A stretch of 64,000 nucleotides of DNA from Desulfomonilia bacterium (GTDB lineage Bacteria; Desulfobacterota; Desulfomonilia; UBA1062): contig CAXXDQ010000003.1 of the NCBI GenBank assembly GCA_963664325.2, positions 480,001-544,000 of the forward strand, written 5' to 3'. How positions within the stretch are numbered: position 1 is the first letter of the stretch; each line of letters begins with the position of its first letter. Shown here one piece after another: positions 30,917 through 41,398 of the stretch. Both the position numbers and the translations under genes were made by a program. Under the pieces are notes generated by a model. It was given only the letters and a program-made list of their open reading frames with translations, had not been told where the DNA came from and ran no database searches.

Positions 30917-31569
30917 AGGATTCCCTCCAGGTCAACATCAACTCCGATAGCCTGCCGGAGTATGGATTTTACCTCATCTTTTCTCGATTTCCTGATCGCC
31001 TCGGGCAGTGATGAATTGATCAGAGTCTCGAAAACTCTTTTATGCGCTTCGGTTCCGCCGTTCTGTGAAACTACGATCGGCCGTATTCGGCCAAGGATCC
31101 TGGCAAGTATTTCATATTCGTTTCCAATCGCAACAGTAAGCTCCTCACGGAGCTTTTTGGAAAGGGCGGGTGACACCCCGCCTGTCGATATAGCTATCTT
31201 GATAGGCCCTTTTTCCACGACAGAAGGAACGATGAAAGTGCAGAGCGAAGGCGTATCTACAACATTGCAGAAAACATCAAGCTTAAGGGCGTCCATGCTT
31301 ACAGCTCTGTTCGTATTTTCATCGTCTGTTGCTGCAAATACCAGAAAGGCGCCTTTCAAATCTGATTTGTTATACTGTTTCTTTCTGATTTCGAGTCCTT
31401 GAAGCCTCATGATGGACCTTGATATTTCCGGTGCCACAACCCTTACAATAGCCCCGTTGGCAAGAAGTGATTCCACCTTTCTGAATGCAACCGAACCGCC
31501 CCCGACAACCACGCATAGCCTGTCTTCGAGGTCAAGAAATACCGGGTAGTATTTATTTTCCAGTTCCAT
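30913..31569 (-). CDS. Precorrin-2 dehydrogenase/sirohydrochlorin ferrochelatase (SirC/Met8-like)
   Basis: VVGGGSVA.RK, NVVD and ISTGG.SP motifs. Confidence 0.9.
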   Translation of the reverse strand: MELENKYYPVFLDLEDRLCVVVGGGSVAFRKVESLLANGAIVRVVAPEISRSIMRLQGLEIRKKQYNKSDLKGAFLVFAATDDENTNRAVSMDALKLDVFCNVVDTPSLCTFIVPSVVEKGPIKIAISTGGVSPALSKKLREELTVAIGNEYEILARILGRIRPIVVSQNGGTEAHKRVFETLINSSLPEAIRKSRKDEVKSILRQAIGVDVDLEGIL

Positions 31570-31681
31570 ATTCTTTCTTCTTCCGAAAATCTTAATATAA
31601 CAGTAAAATATAATTTCAATAGAAATAACCTGAATGTTTGATACATATCAGATGATTCATAATAACCGGAGGAAAAGATAT

Positions 31682-32638
31682 ATGGCTGATGAGAGAAATG
31701 CCGTAGCCGAAAGAATGTTGAGGCTGACACGCATAATCAGGTACTTCTTTGAGAAGGAAGATGTCTACACCTCCAACATTGCAGCTGAATTTGCAACTAC
31801 CACCAGGACGATGCAGCGTGACCTCCTTGCACTAAGAAAGGCGGGTTTTCCCATACATGAGAAGAAAAAGGGACTGCACTACATGGATAAAAGCATTATC
31901 AGCAATCTCCGTCACTATGATGACTCGGAACTGGCCCTGATTGTTGCCTTAAGAGACATGGTAGCCCAACTGGGGAAACCTTTTGGCGACAATGCAGAAG
32001 CCATTTTCAACAGACTTTCGGATTATACTGACAGCAGGCCTGTTTTCGTAAAGCTCGACGAACCGACCCGCTTTTCCGGAAAAACAGTGGACAAGGTGGT
32101 CAGGGGGATAAACGAGAAGAGGAGACTGATATTTAAATATATGGGGGGCAGGAAAAAAGAGCACCCCGTAAATGCGGAGCCTTACCGCATAGTCTATTTT
32201 GACGGTTTCTGGTACCTTGTTGCAAAGGATATGGCCGATGGGACGATTAAGAAATATGCGCTGGACAGGATGAGAGAGATAGCCCTCACAGAAATCAGAT
32301 TCAGAAGAGTGCCTGACGGCATGGATGATATGCTTAAAAACAGTGTAAACATCTGGTTCACTACGAACAGGAATATCAAGGTGATAATTGATGTTGATTG
32401 TTTGTGGGCGGACTATTTTAAGAGAAGGGGGAACATACTTCCGCTTCAGGAAGTTATTGAGGAAAGATCGGATGGTTCCCTGAAAGTTTCCTTCATGGCC
32501 TGCAACAGGGAAGAAATCTTAATGTGTATAAAACCCTGGATTCCCCATGTACGGATTATAGAGCCTGGTGAAATAAAGGATGATATCATCAGAGAAATGA
32601 AAGAATGGCTCAAATGGCAGGAAAAGGGGCAGGGATGA
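31682..32638 (+). CDS. HTH-WYL-WCX transcriptional regulator
   Basis: RTMQRDL HTH, EPY...WYLVA and YALDRM; GGAGG RBS. Confidence 0.92.
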   Translation: MADERNAVAERMLRLTRIIRYFFEKEDVYTSNIAAEFATTTRTMQRDLLALRKAGFPIHEKKKGLHYMDKSIISNLRHYDDSELALIVALRDMVAQLGKPFGDNAEAIFNRLSDYTDSRPVFVKLDEPTRFSGKTVDKVVRGINEKRRLIFKYMGGRKKEHPVNAEPYRIVYFDGFWYLVAKDMADGTIKKYALDRMREIALTEIRFRRVPDGMDDMLKNSVNIWFTTNRNIKVIIDVDCLWADYFKRRGNILPLQEVIEERSDGSLKVSFMACNREEILMCIKPWIPHVRIIEPGEIKDDIIREMKEWLKWQEKGQG

Positions 32639-32656
32639 CATGTTGCCGGGACTCAG

Positions 32657-32929
32657 TCACTCTTTTTTCGAACTGTTGTCCGTAACGCCGGTGCCTTCTT
32701 CCTCTATCCCCTTCCGGGCTTTTTCAGCCTCGTTTTTATAAATCCGGTCCAGCTGCTTCTTTGCCTGCTCTTTCTTCTTTACGGCATCCATTCCTGCAGC
32801 CGAGTTCACTGTATCATTAATTGCCTTTCTGGATTCGGTTCCCTCGCATCCGATGTTAAAAAGGATCATTGCGGGCAGGAAAATACAAATGAGTGATAAA
32901 AAAACCGTCTTTTTCAAATACTTTCTCAT
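32657..32929 (-). CDS. Small hypothetical lipoprotein
   Basis: Signal peptide ending in NIGC; charged tail. Confidence 0.6.
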   Translation of the reverse strand: MRKYLKKTVFLSLICIFLPAMILFNIGCEGTESRKAINDTVNSAAGMDAVKKKEQAKKQLDRIYKNEAEKARKGIEEEGTGVTDNSSKKE

Positions 32930-32944
32930 AGTGTAAATCTCAAT

Positions 32945-33730
32945 TTATGATCTGGCCTTTATGACATCTTTCAGTTTGATTTCAGGATGCCGGTATCTTT
33001 CATATTTTGGGGTATTCCTTCCATATTCCAGAGCCTGTTCAGGACACCACTGAAGACAGGCATAACACTGCTGGCATCTGTGGTTCCATTTAGGTTTGTC
33101 TTCAATAAAGCTGATATTTTCAGTAGGGCAGACCTTGGCGCAAATGCCGCAACTGTTGCACTTTTTATTGACCCAGAAATTTTTATCCATTCCCGGCACC
33201 ATTGAAAAGCTCATCCTGTATATGGCCGAGAAGACAACCCTCTGCCATAGCGGCCCTTTTTCCACTTCTCTCACCTCTTTATTTTTAATGACCGATGCAA
33301 CGTTTAATATTTTTTCACCGGCAGCTTCATAGAGTTCCCGGCAATGTTCCTCGGTGCCGGGGCCACCCCAGGGAATATAATTTGAGGGCATCTTGATTTG
33401 GAAACCGGATGACAGTTTCAGTCCATGCAAGGCCATATACGTTTTAAGCTGTACCAGGGTGTTTGAAACCTGGCCGCCGTTGACCGCGACTGCAAAAATA
33501 TAATCACTCTTTAAAGCTGTGGCCTTTTTAACAAAGTCAAGAACGGGTGCAGGGACGCCCCAGATGTATACAGGGAACACAAGACCAACAACATCGTTGA
33601 CTGCCTCGGGTTTTTCTTTCGGCCCGATCATGGAAATTATGCTGACGGTATCTCCAAGGTGTTCTGCAATCTTTCTTGCAGCCCAGAGCGAGTTGCCTGT
33701 ACCTGTGTAATAGAATATTGTTCCGTACAT
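32945..33730 (-). CDS. EFR1-family flavodoxin-ferredoxin protein
   Basis: TGTGNS, FPVY, MPSNY and two CxxCxxCxxxCP motifs. Confidence 0.9.
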   Translation of the reverse strand: MYGTIFYYTGTGNSLWAARKIAEHLGDTVSIISMIGPKEKPEAVNDVVGLVFPVYIWGVPAPVLDFVKKATALKSDYIFAVAVNGGQVSNTLVQLKTYMALHGLKLSSGFQIKMPSNYIPWGGPGTEEHCRELYEAAGEKILNVASVIKNKEVREVEKGPLWQRVVFSAIYRMSFSMVPGMDKNFWVNKKCNSCGICAKVCPTENISFIEDKPKWNHRCQQCYACLQWCPEQALEYGRNTPKYERYRHPEIKLKDVIKARS

Positions 33731-33873
33731 AGATGTCTCCTTTATATTAGTAAAAAGATAATAACCGTATTCTTATGCAGCTTTCAACACGCATCTTGTG
33801 AAGAGTTGTAAGAGATATGCACATGCCGGCTGTACAAAGTTATTATCAATGTTTCTTATCGCGGAAGCCTAGG

Positions 33874-33910
33874 AAAATAAAAACTCCCGCAGTAGAAAGC
33901 GGGAGTTTTA
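33874..33910 (-). terminator. Intrinsic terminator of HU gene
   Basis: AAAACTCCCGC/GCGGGAGTTTT stem with T-tracts. Confidence 0.8.
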
Positions 33911-33930
33911 AAAAAATTTTTAAAATTAAA

Positions 33931-34221
33931 TTATTTCTTTTTCTTTTTGCCGGCGACAAGTTCCTTAAGCCCTTTTCCTGCCTTAAACTTGGGTGCTTTT
34001 GTAGCTGCGATCTTTATCGGTTTCTTTGTCTGCGGATTGACACCCTGTCTGGCTGCCCTTTCGACAACCTCAAATGTTCCGAAGCCGACAAGTGTTACCT
34101 TGTCTCCCTTTTTGAGCGCGCCGCTGATTCCGTCGATTACTGCATTTACTGCTTTTTCGGCTGCCGCTTTGGAACCGCCTGCCTTTTCAGCTACAACTGC
34201 CACCAGATCCGTCTTTGTCAT
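33931..34221 (-). CDS. hup: DNA-binding protein HU
   Basis: LVGFGTF, RAARQGVNPQT and PKFKAGK motifs. Confidence 0.96.
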   Translation of the reverse strand: MTKTDLVAVVAEKAGGSKAAAEKAVNAVIDGISGALKKGDKVTLVGFGTFEVVERAARQGVNPQTKKPIKIAATKAPKFKAGKGLKELVAGKKKKK

Positions 34222-34416
34222 CCTTTGTTCCTCCTTCTTTTATTTATATTCTTTAGTTTTAAAAACCTTGTCTTTAGCTGGGCAAACAGGTTGAAATCAG
34301 CGTGGTGTGTATCTGCTCTTTTGCCATTCTTATACTTCTCGGCCAAAGAAATCTGCAACTTGAGATGTTTTTCAAAAAATCTTGTCTGTGAATACTCATA
34401 AACAGCATATGTATGA

Positions 34417-34444
34417 ATAATATAGTAGTATTTCTATCTGTCAA
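34417..34444 (-). promoter_or_regulatory. Candidate sigma70 promoter for hup
   Basis: TTGACA-16 nt-TATTAT on the minus strand. Confidence 0.45.
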
Positions 34445-34542
34445 TAAAAATTGTTAAAAAAATATAAGATATTGCTTTCAAAAGTCACTCATTGTAATTT
34501 TAATAATTATATTATTATCGTCATAAACAAGGGGAGAATGCT

Positions 34543-36297
34543 ATGAGGGGAATGATAAAATTTCTTTGTATCTTAATTCTACTTGCAGCGGCGTTCGGAT
34601 TCGGGTGTGTTGAAAATGGCTCCATTCCTACAGATACAGCCGATGTGCAATCAAACATAAATAGCATACAGGGTACGGATACAGGCCTGCAGACAATTGA
34701 TCCGGGAACCCTGACAGCTCAGCCCGGACGCTATGTTTTGAATATGTACCACTTCAATCTGCAGTATGTAGCCGGCTGTGATATCTGCTATCAAAGGGTA
34801 ATTCAAAGTTTCGAACCCCTTGTGGATTTCTATATTGCCCATCCTGAATACGGTGCAGACTTCGAAATGCAGGGGGTGATGATTGAATACATGGCTGAAA
34901 ATTATCCCGCCGTTCTTGATAAGTTCAGGATGATCGTAAATTCCGGCCAGGTCGATCTCGTTTCCTTTCATTACTCCGACCAGCTTCTGATGGCTTATCC
35001 GGCTCACGACCAGCAATGGTCGATAGACATAAACAATAAGGTATTTGAGAAGTACGGCATAAAAAGGTCCGGGACGATATTCGCGCAGGAGGCCATGTTC
35101 AGCGAAGGGATAGCCGACATGGGCGCAAAAAACGGGTTCAATGTTGCAGTAATGACAGGCAGCATCTACGGCTGGTTCCAGGATTCATCCGAATTGCCCT
35201 ATTACACGTGCAGAGGGCTGGATGTCCTCAGGCAGGGCGGTGCCGTTTTCCCGAATTCCGGCATCGAAGTCGACTGGGAGTTTGTCGGAGATGGAGAAAC
35301 AGTGACGAGCTTCGATCCTTACTTCCCCGTTCTGAAATGGTATGTGAAATATTCGATAAACCAGCTTGAGAAGAAATTCGCCGGTTATGCGAATAACGGC
35401 TATACGATATCAACGGTCAGTAAGTATGTCGATGCCTTAAGGGCTGCAGGTGAAATACCGACTCCCCTTAAACCGATCCTTGACACCCCCTGGCGTCCCA
35501 GCGACGGAAGCGGCGTTTATCAATGGATGGGCAAGTACGTATTCCCGTGGGAGGAGGACTACACTATACTGACGGGTAATTGGACTGTCCGCTCGTGCCT
35601 CATGGCGTTCGAACGCAAATACGGATCGATATATCCTGATAAACTCGAAGAAGCATGGAAAAACATGCTTGAGGCCGAGGTTTCGGACAGCACCGGCTGG
35701 CGGCCGTTCCCTTCAGAAATTGAATATTCAAAGGAGCATGCCGATGCGGTCCTGGCGATTATACAATCCGTTGACCCGTCGCTCCTGACAAATGCCTGGA
35801 CAAGGCCGGAACTGACTCCTGAAGCATCAGGCCCGGTCGCAATCAAGATAAGCGGCAGTCTTCTGAAAAAACAGATAAAATGGTACAGCTTCCCCGGCCA
35901 GGAAGACGTGTGGGTTGCAGATGTTAATCTGAAAAAAATTCCTTTAATCCCGTCAGGACTCATCAGCATCGATTTCCCCTATGATTCCGACCTTATTGAA
36001 TACAGCCCTGCAATGCTCGAAAACGAGGTCAGGACAATAAGCATAAACGATATCAAGCACAACCCCATACACCTGGGCATTCCGAACGGGCTGATCGGGC
36101 TTGGTGACGGACTGTACCTTATCCGTGACAATAATTTCGGAGTACTTGCGGCGAGGCTGGATATAGACGGCAAAAAGATCAGCTATCAGGCGCTCAACCC
36201 GACGGAAAATGAACTTAACATGAGGTTCTATCTGGTTAAAGGGGATCAGGCTACGGCTCTTACCTGGGCTAATATGATAAACAATATCAATTTGTAG
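34543..36297 (+). CDS. Lipoprotein with GH57-like catalytic domain
   Basis: FGC lipobox; HFNLQY, FAQE, DGE and AEVSDSTGW in GH57 motif order. Confidence 0.6.
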   Translation: MRGMIKFLCILILLAAAFGFGCVENGSIPTDTADVQSNINSIQGTDTGLQTIDPGTLTAQPGRYVLNMYHFNLQYVAGCDICYQRVIQSFEPLVDFYIAHPEYGADFEMQGVMIEYMAENYPAVLDKFRMIVNSGQVDLVSFHYSDQLLMAYPAHDQQWSIDINNKVFEKYGIKRSGTIFAQEAMFSEGIADMGAKNGFNVAVMTGSIYGWFQDSSELPYYTCRGLDVLRQGGAVFPNSGIEVDWEFVGDGETVTSFDPYFPVLKWYVKYSINQLEKKFAGYANNGYTISTVSKYVDALRAAGEIPTPLKPILDTPWRPSDGSGVYQWMGKYVFPWEEDYTILTGNWTVRSCLMAFERKYGSIYPDKLEEAWKNMLEAEVSDSTGWRPFPSEIEYSKEHADAVLAIIQSVDPSLLTNAWTRPELTPEASGPVAIKISGSLLKKQIKWYSFPGQEDVWVADVNLKKIPLIPSGLISIDFPYDSDLIEYSPAMLENEVRTISINDIKHNPIHLGIPNGLIGLGDGLYLIRDNNFGVLAARLDIDGKKISYQALNPTENELNMRFYLVKGDQATALTWANMINNINL

Positions 36298-36301
36298 CGT
36301 G

Positions 36302-36331
36302 AAGGATGGCCGGTTTCAGCCGGCCATCCTT
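36302..36331. terminator. Hairpin between convergent genes
   Basis: 12-bp stem AAGGATGGCCGG/CCGGCCATCCTT. Confidence 0.7.
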
Positions 36332-36341
36332 ACTGGTTCAA

Positions 36342-37862
36342 TCAGGATATAAACAGGTTCTTCGTTGCAAAATCAGGGTCGCTCGTTACATTAACGCCAA
36401 GCCTTCTCAATCCAGCCTCGTCTCCCGGTGTAGGAATGTGAGTCATATGCACCTCGCAGCCCTTGAGCTCCTTGAGCTTTTCAACTGCAAGCTGGGCCGC
36501 AGGATTTGTTGCGGCACTTATGCTCAGCGCTACGAGGGCTTCCTGAAGGTTAAGACTCACTGCATGTTCTTCAAGGATTTCCTGTTTGAAGTGACTTAGT
36601 GAATCGGTGATGCTCGCAGGCAGAAGCTTTATTTTTGCCGGAATTTCGGCGAGGTGTTTTGCAGCATGAAGCACGACGCTCGATGCGGCATGCATGAGGG
36701 GTGAGTTGCAGCCGGTTACTATCGTGCCGTCTTTGAGCTCGATGGCGGCACCGCAGAATATGCCCTCATTGCCTTTCATCTGTGTAACCTGAGCTTCAAA
36801 GGCTGCTTTCCTGGCTGGTTCAACAACCTTTCTGTATTCGGGTATAAGATCGAAATCCTTTACAAGCAATTCGGCACGCTGAACGGTTTCCCTGTCGGTA
36901 AAGCCCATGGCATACTCGCACTGGTAGCGGAAAAAGCGCCTTATAACCTCTTGCTTTGCCGCTTCCTGCACTATGTCATCGTTCTTGATGGCAAAGCCTG
37001 CCCGGTTTACGCCCATATCAGTCGGTGACTTATAGAAACTTTCTCCGCCTGTAATCCTTTCCAGAATGCGCCTGACAACCGGGAATACCTCGACGTCCCG
37101 GTTATAGTTTACCGAAACTTCATTATAGGCGTTGAGATGAAAAGGGTCGATCAGGTTAAAATCCCGGATATCGGCAGTGGCTGCTTCATATGCAATGTTC
37201 ACGGGGTGCTTCAGCGGTATGTTCCAGATAGGGAATGTCTCGAATTTTGCATATCCGGCCCCCAGTCCCCGCCTGTGGTCATGGTAAAGCAGCGTCAGGC
37301 AGGTTGCAAGTTTGCCGCTGCCGGGGCCCGGTCCAGTCACTACTACAAGCGGCTTTTTTGTCTCGATATACTCATTCGCCCCGTAACCTTCGTCGCTTAC
37401 TATCTGTTCGACATCGGTTGGGTAGCCTTTTGTAAAGCGGTGGGTATATACCCTTATACCGCGTCTTTCCAGCTTGTTTTTAAAAAGTATTGCCGAGGGC
37501 TGGGAATCGAAGCGTGTTATTACTATTCCTGCGACATCGATATCCCAGTGTTTGAGGTCATCCATCATTTTCATGGCATCGGCGTCATAGGTATGGCCGA
37601 AGTCCGCACGGATCTTTTTTCTTTCGATATCACCCGCATATATGCAGAGCAGTATATCCGCCTTGTCCTTGAGCTTCTGCAGAAGCCTCATTTTCACATT
37701 AGGGTCATATCCTGGAAGCACCCGCGCGGCATGATAATCCCAGAGAAGTTTTCCGCCGAATTCCAGATAGAGTTTGTGATTGAAGCGATTGACCCTCTCA
37801 AGGATGTAATCCGCCTGCTCGCTCAGATACAGTTCATTATCAAAACCAAAGCAGCTGTTCAT
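36342..37862 (-). CDS. DUF1846 family protein
   Basis: KLYLEFGGKL..DYHAARVLPG, GPGSGKLATC, AKFETFP and YKSPTDMGVN motifs. Confidence 0.9.
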   Translation of the reverse strand: MNSCFGFDNELYLSEQADYILERVNRFNHKLYLEFGGKLLWDYHAARVLPGYDPNVKMRLLQKLKDKADILLCIYAGDIERKKIRADFGHTYDADAMKMMDDLKHWDIDVAGIVITRFDSQPSAILFKNKLERRGIRVYTHRFTKGYPTDVEQIVSDEGYGANEYIETKKPLVVVTGPGPGSGKLATCLTLLYHDHRRGLGAGYAKFETFPIWNIPLKHPVNIAYEAATADIRDFNLIDPFHLNAYNEVSVNYNRDVEVFPVVRRILERITGGESFYKSPTDMGVNRAGFAIKNDDIVQEAAKQEVIRRFFRYQCEYAMGFTDRETVQRAELLVKDFDLIPEYRKVVEPARKAAFEAQVTQMKGNEGIFCGAAIELKDGTIVTGCNSPLMHAASSVVLHAAKHLAEIPAKIKLLPASITDSLSHFKQEILEEHAVSLNLQEALVALSISAATNPAAQLAVEKLKELKGCEVHMTHIPTPGDEAGLRRLGVNVTSDPDFATKNLFIS

Positions 37863-37889
37863 ATGTTTCCTCCATGTAACGAATTAAAT

Positions 37890-37923
37890 TTTAAAAATGC
37901 GGCAGATAATTCACCTGCCGCAT
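37890..37923 (-). terminator. Terminator or attenuator after rocD
   Basis: ATGCGGCAG/CTGCCGCAT stem followed by T5 on the minus strand. Confidence 0.6.
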
Positions 37924-37932
37924 CGGTGATCT

Positions 37933-39138
37933 TTAGAGTGCTGTCAAAACATTTTCGATATGCGTCATCGCCCAGTCGATTTCATCCTTTTTTATGATAA
38001 GAGGCGGGGCGAATCGTATGACGTGCTGATGGGTTTCCTTGCAGAGAAGGCCTTTTGCCATGAGGGCTTCGCAGAAACGCCTTGCGCCGCCTGCCGATGG
38101 ATAAAGTTCCACGCCGATGAGCAGCCCCCTGCCGCGGACCTCTTTAATATGCGGGCTCTTAATCATGGAAAGCCTTTCCATGAGATATGCGCCCATCTTT
38201 GCTGAATTCTCAACCATTCCCTCTTCGATGAGTACCTTGAGCGCCACGCGCGCCACTGCGCAAGCAAGCGGATTGCCTCCGAACGTGCTGCCATGGTCGC
38301 CTGGCTGGAAAACTCCGAGAACTTCCTTGTTTGAGAGAACTGCAGAAATCGGATAATAGCCTCCCGAGAGCGCCTTTCCGATAAGCGTCAGGTCGGCCTC
38401 AACACCTTCATGCTCTTCCGCAAGCAGCCTTCCGGTGCGGCCCAGGCCGGTCTGTATTTCATCGGTTATCATGGCGATATTCCGTTCAGTGCAGATGCGT
38501 CTGATTTCTTTCAGGTAGCCCATTGGCGGTATGATGATTCCGGCCTCGCCCTGGATAGGCTCGAGGAGAAATGCAACTGTGTTAGTCGTAATGGCATCTT
38601 CGAAGGCCTTTGAGTCGCCGAACGGTATTATTTTAAAACCCGGCGTGAATGGCGCATAGCCGTCCCGGTACTGAAATTCTGTGGAGAAGCCTACAATTGT
38701 GATTGTCCTGCCGTGAAAATTATTTTCGCAGACGATTATCTCGGCCTGACCCTCAGGCACGCCCTTTTCCCGGTATCCCCACTTGCGAACTGCCTTGATG
38801 CAGGATTCGACCGCCTCGGCCCCGCTGTTCATGGGCAGGATGGTATGAGAATTGGTGAGTTCGCAGAGTTCCTTATAGAAAAGCCCCAGCTGGTCATTCC
38901 TGAAAGCGCGTGATGTAAGTGTGAGCTTGTCCGCTTGCTCCTTCATCGCTGCTGCAATCCTGGGATGGCAGTGTCCCTGGTTTACGGCCGAATATGCAGA
39001 AAGGAAATCAAGGTATTTTCTGCCGTCGACATCCCAAACCCAGATGCCCTGGCCTTTTGTAAGGACGACATCAAGTGGTTTGTAGTTTGTTGCGCCGAAG
39101 GCGCTTTCAAGCTGGATATAATCTTTTGTATGCAGCAT
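37933..39138 (-). CDS. rocD: Ornithine aminotransferase
   Basis: [31 protein letters not shown] and HGSTFGGNP motifs. Confidence 0.93.
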   Translation of the reverse strand: MLHTKDYIQLESAFGATNYKPLDVVLTKGQGIWVWDVDGRKYLDFLSAYSAVNQGHCHPRIAAAMKEQADKLTLTSRAFRNDQLGLFYKELCELTNSHTILPMNSGAEAVESCIKAVRKWGYREKGVPEGQAEIIVCENNFHGRTITIVGFSTEFQYRDGYAPFTPGFKIIPFGDSKAFEDAITTNTVAFLLEPIQGEAGIIIPPMGYLKEIRRICTERNIAMITDEIQTGLGRTGRLLAEEHEGVEADLTLIGKALSGGYYPISAVLSNKEVLGVFQPGDHGSTFGGNPLACAVARVALKVLIEEGMVENSAKMGAYLMERLSMIKSPHIKEVRGRGLLIGVELYPSAGGARRFCEALMAKGLLCKETHQHVIRFAPPLIIKKDEIDWAMTHIENVLTAL

Positions 39139-39272
39139 AATTACCTCGAATGTCAGGATTTTTAGTTAAAAAAGAACATAATGTCTTTAAAAATTATGTC
39201 AAGCGGATGGTTTTGTTGACTTGCTTTTCTGTTATATGGCAACCTGCATTCATAACAGTTTCTGGAGGGATT

Positions 39273-40079
39273 ATGTACGCAATCGGATTCCTTGGTGCGG
39301 GAAACATGGCTGAGGCGATTATCGGCGGCATCATAAAAAAAGGTCTTTACCACTCTGCGGGTATTTCCGCCTATGACATAAGCAGCCAGCGCATGGAGCA
39401 CATGCTTTCACGATTCGGGCTGGTTGAGGCCGCCACCCCGCAGGACCTTGCAAAAGATGCGCGTACTATCGTCATTGCCCTGAAACCTGCCCAGGTGGCA
39501 ACAGCACTGGAACCCATAAAGAACGAACTTAAAGGCAAGCTTATTATAAGCATTGCAGCCGGCATTCCTATCAGGGCCATACAGTCTGTGCTTGGCGAAA
39601 AGGCAAAGGTAGTGCGTGTAATGCCCAACACGCCGGCCCTGGTGCTTGAGGGTGCAACCGCTATTGCCGGCTCATCAACATGCACTCATGAAGACCTGGG
39701 TATTGCCCGGGACATATTCTCAGGCATAGGCATATGTGTTGAGCTTGAAGAAAAACAGCTTGATGCCGTAACCGGGCTTTCCGGGTCCGGCCCCGCATAC
39801 TGCTTTGCCCTTATTGAGGCCATGGCGGACGGCGGAGTCCGTGCGGGCATTCCAAGACCTGTTGCATTGAGGCTGGCCGCCGCAACATTGAAGGGCTCGG
39901 GTGCCATGGTGCTCGAAACAGGCAAGCACCCTGCCGAGCTGAGAGATATGGTGACATCTCCTGGAGGCACAACTGCCGAGGGGCTAGCCGTGCTTGAGGG
40001 ACGGGGATTCCGCTCGGCGGTTAGCGATGCAGTGTGGTCTGCCTACAAACGTGCAGTTGAGCTGAGTTCAAAGGCATAA
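39273..40079 (+). CDS. proC: Pyrroline-5-carboxylate reductase
   Basis: GAGNMA, RVMPNTP, GSGPAY and VTSPGGTT motifs. Confidence 0.95.
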   Translation: MYAIGFLGAGNMAEAIIGGIIKKGLYHSAGISAYDISSQRMEHMLSRFGLVEAATPQDLAKDARTIVIALKPAQVATALEPIKNELKGKLIISIAAGIPIRAIQSVLGEKAKVVRVMPNTPALVLEGATAIAGSSTCTHEDLGIARDIFSGIGICVELEEKQLDAVTGLSGSGPAYCFALIEAMADGGVRAGIPRPVALRLAAATLKGSGAMVLETGKHPAELRDMVTSPGGTTAEGLAVLEGRGFRSAVSDAVWSAYKRAVELSSKA

Positions 40080-40081
40080 TA

Positions 40082-41200
40082 ATGAAGGATATAGCGTTCA
40101 GGCTGCTTGCCGAAGACGGCCGGGCAAGGCGGGGAGAATTTGCCACCGAACACGGTACTGTTCAGACACCTGCGTTCATGCCGGTCGGCACTGCCGGTTT
40201 CGTTCGCTCCACGCCAGCAAAGGATGTGGCTGAAACGGGTTCGGAAGTTATCCTGGCCAATACGTATCATCTGTCGCTGGGCGAGAGGCTTTTTTCGGTC
40301 AAGCACCTTGGCGGGCTTCATAAGTTCATGGGCTGGGACAAGACCATCCTGACGGATTCCGGAGGATTCCAGGTGTTCTCGCTTCCCGAACGGCAGATTA
40401 CCGAAGAAGGCGTTATTTTCAGTTATGAGGAAGGCGGTGAAAAGGTCACGCTTTCTCCCGAGCGCTCGATGGAGATACAGCGCGACCTTGGAGCGGATAT
40501 TGTCATGGCCTTTGACGAATGCGTGGCGTACCCCTCCGAGCATGACTACGTGAAGCGTTCGGTGGAGCGCACGACACGATGGGCAAGAAGATGCCTGGAC
40601 TTCAAGCTTGCCAAGCACCAGTTCCTGTTCGGTATCGTCCAGGGTGGTGTTTACGAGGATTTGCGCAAGAAGAGCGCGAAAGACATCACCTCAATGGGTT
40701 TTGACGGGTTCGCCATCGGCGGGGTGAGCGTAGGCGAGGGCCATGACCTGATGAAGCAGGCGGTAAGGTTTGCGGCACCCCTGCTGCCAGGGGACAAACC
40801 CCGGTATCTTATGGGTGTGGGACTGCCCGAAGATCTTATTGCAGCGGTTGGCCTGGGCATGGACATGTTCGACTGCGTCATACCTACGCGGTTTGCAAGG
40901 AATGCCACACTCTTTACACGCACCGGCAAACTGCGCATAAAAGACAAGTCATACAGGAAAGACCGCTATGCGATTGATACGAAATGCGGCTGCTACACCT
41001 GCCGGACGTATCCGCGGATGGTGCTCCGCTACATGTTCCATATCGGCGACCCACTGGCCGAGACTCTTGCCACCATACACAACCTTACTTTCTACCAGGA
41101 CCTTATGCGCGACATGAGGACAGCAATCGAAGAAGGCCGTTTCTACCGCTTTGCCGAGACATGGCTGGGGACATATCTGAACAAGGGGAAGAAGGAATAA
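40082..41200 (+). CDS. tgt: tRNA-guanine transglycosylase
   Basis: TPAFMPVGT, ANTYHL, TDSGGFQ, DMFDCV and Zn-binding CxCxxC...H motifs. Confidence 0.95.
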   Translation: MKDIAFRLLAEDGRARRGEFATEHGTVQTPAFMPVGTAGFVRSTPAKDVAETGSEVILANTYHLSLGERLFSVKHLGGLHKFMGWDKTILTDSGGFQVFSLPERQITEEGVIFSYEEGGEKVTLSPERSMEIQRDLGADIVMAFDECVAYPSEHDYVKRSVERTTRWARRCLDFKLAKHQFLFGIVQGGVYEDLRKKSAKDITSMGFDGFAIGGVSVGEGHDLMKQAVRFAAPLLPGDKPRYLMGVGLPEDLIAAVGLGMDMFDCVIPTRFARNATLFTRTGKLRIKDKSYRKDRYAIDTKCGCYTCRTYPRMVLRYMFHIGDPLAETLATIHNLTFYQDLMRDMRTAIEEGRFYRFAETWLGTYLNKGKKE

Positions 41201-41398
41201 TATTGGGAATATCATTTTTTATAATCGTGTTAAAAGTTTCTGTCCTGAGCGGGCTTCAGATGATTTGATACTAAGATGTGATAGAAGGTAAATGATATTC
41301 ATTTTCAAGATAATAAAATTTGTTACTGTTTCTAATTGATTATGAAACTTTCCTGCTGTAATTAATAAAATGTTTTTTTAATAATGGGAGGTGCAAAA

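Noticed and set aside
33817-34401. 194-aa plus-strand ORF
   Set aside because: Antisense to hup and spans its terminator.
37137-37997. 286-aa plus-strand ORF
   Set aside because: Antisense shadow of DUF1846.
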